NCBI GenBank assembly: GCA_964397415.1
Contig: CAYNIJ010000001.1
Coordinates: 389,662 to 453,661 of the forward strand
Reading direction: 5' to 3'
DNA length: 64,000 bases
Source of the DNA: an uncultured Ignavibacteriales bacterium
GTDB lineage: Bacteria > Zixibacteria > MSB-5A5 > GN15 > FEB-12
The translations under genes were made by a program, and so were the position numbers. The stretch's first letter is position 1. Each line of letters begins with the position of its first letter. This document shows, piece after piece, positions 62,982 through 64,000 of the stretch. The notes beneath the pieces are model-generated. The model saw only the letters and a list, made by a program, of their open reading frames with translations, was not told the origin of the DNA and did no database searches.

Positions 62982-64000
62982 TTAGCGCATCAAAACCATC
63001 TTGCGCGTAAACTGCTGACAATACGAGGTAAGGCGATAAAGGTAAACGCCTGAAGCGACTGGCTGTCCATCATCGGTGGTCGCGTCCCATGTCAACGACG
63101 TCTCACCCGCGGTCGCACGGTCATCGTACAGACGCCGCACTTTCTGCCCCGTCAGGTTGTAGATGTCCAACCTGACATCCTGCGCGGATGTCAGGTTGAA
63201 CGATATCACCGTGCCCGGATTAAACGGGTTGGGATAATTCTGGTTCAGAAGCGCGGTCGACGGCAAGGACGTGGGTGGATCATCTTCCGTCCCGGAGGCC
63301 AGGGTCACTATCAAATTGGCCTGAATGATCTGACCGATCGTGGTGATAGAAGAGACCTGAACGTTGGTCGGCGCGCCGGCATAGGTAGTGGCTGCGGGGG
63401 TCGACGAATCTGAGAACGTCGTATTGTTGGTATTGCCGGGGAATGGATCGCCACCGTCGCCGGCGTCGGTCTTGTGCTCCAGTTCGTACAGACCGTCGGC
63501 CTGCTCCAGAGCCACGCCGTAATGATTTGCGGCCGGCTGACCCGGGTACCATTCCTGGGAGTTAGGGGTCCCACTAGCATTCTTGAGGTCGTCGATATGC
63601 CAAATCAAAAGGCCGGTCGAGGGCAGATAGGCATCGTAACCGATATTCTGACGGTTCTCCACGAGGAAGTAGTCATTCCCGATAAGTCCGCCGGTCCACA
63701 TGCGGTAGATCGGTCCACCCTGTTCGACATTGGTGATCTGTTGGTTTGAGAGCGGCGTCGTAACATTGGTCGGCGTCGCAAATCCCAACTCCGCACGACA
63801 CCAGGCGGACGGATGCGACGGCGAGCCGCCACGACCGCCCGGACCATTCCAGCTACCGTAGGACATGATGCACCAGCGGCCGATGCCGTTGGAGCTGTTG
63901 TCGGTATCGTAGAGGTCGGGGAGACCGAATCCATGGAGCAACTCGTGAGCATAGACGCCGATCGTCATATCGCCAGGATTCGTCCAGTACTCCGGCTGAA
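62982..64000 (-). CDS. M6 (immune inhibitor A-like) metallopeptidase with a T9SS C-terminal sorting domain; 5' end outside the window
   Basis: The frame stays open upstream of the tracked Met (…QPEYWTNPGDMTIG), so the gene continues past 64000. HELLHGFGLPDLYD motif. C-terminus LNQNYPNPFNPGTVISF...GVYLYRLTSYCQQFTRKMVLMR is a Por/T9SS CTD pattern. Confidence 0.85.
   Translation of the reverse strand, partial: QPEYWTNPGDMTIGVYAHELLHGFGLPDLYDTDNSSNGIGRWCIMSYGSWNGPGGRGGSPSHPSAWCRAELGFATPTNVTTPLSNQQITNVEQGGPIYRMWTGGLIGNDYFLVENRQNIGYDAYLPSTGLLIWHIDDLKNASGTPNSQEWYPGQPAANHYGVALEQADGLYELEHKTDAGDGGDPFPGNTNNTTFSDSSTPAATTYAGAPTNVQVSSITTIGQIIQANLIVTLASGTEDDPPTSLPSTALLNQNYPNPFNPGTVISFNLTSAQDVRLDIYNLTGQKVRRLYDDRATAGETSLTWDATTDDGQPVASGVYLYRLTSYCQQFTRKMVLMR

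Noticed and set aside
1-64000. Scanned intergenic gaps for tRNA/rRNA genes, CRISPR repeat arrays, IS/transposase or integrase genes, and toxin-antitoxin or known defence-gene signatures
   Set aside because: No gap contained cloverleaf-like tRNA features, regularly spaced direct repeats or terminal inverted repeats. No ORF showed DDE/tyrosine-recombinase, Cas, restriction-modification or other defence-type motifs recognisable by eye. A computational scan (tRNAscan-SE, CRISPR finders, ISfinder, DefenseFinder) would be needed for certainty.

Overview
64-kb chromosomal window from a Gram-negative bacterium. It looks moderately GC-rich by eye (not computed) and is densely coded with short or overlapping gene junctions. 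T9SS-type C-terminal sorting domains on secreted proteins suggest an FCB-group-like or related uncultivated lineage (inference). Most of the window is housekeeping. This includes mutS (5' end outside the window)-mutL-miaA, a LysM lytic transglycosylase, sppA, an HU/IHF gene followed by an untracked 31-codon basic ORF, purE-purD (minus strand) and hrcA-grpE-dnaK-dnaJ-prmA-rsmE behind a degenerate CIRCE. It also includes pilD plus a PAS histidine kinase, efp, a type-2 RNase H, and an FMN-riboswitch-controlled ribD-ribE-ribBA-ribH-nusB operon. Accessory-looking content: (i) a translationally coupled DUF2723 (GT-C-like)/GT4/flippase-like module; (ii) a ZIP transporter, rhodanese and DoxX/MauE; (iii) an eight-gene type IV filament cluster on the minus strand with mixed T4P/T2SS features; (iv) an Omp85-family protein; (v) secreted peptidases and large repeat proteins carrying either T9SS-type CTDs or an unusual Cys-containing dockerin-like tail, plus one scaffold-like protein with a possible cohesin-like module; (vi) a sigma-54 activator upstream of a lipoprotein/DUF4384-PEGA/Lys-rich operon; (vii) a three-gene GAF/GAF/receiver module built around a His-less, ATPase-less kinase-like protein. 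I recognised no rRNA, tRNA, CRISPR array, transposase or integrase. No single clear novel system stands out. The best candidates are the GAF pseudo-kinase module, the cohesin/dockerin/T9SS protease-display idea, the compact T4P/T2SS hybrid and the DUF2723 glycosylation module. All domain calls come from motif reading by eye, not from HMM or BLAST searches.
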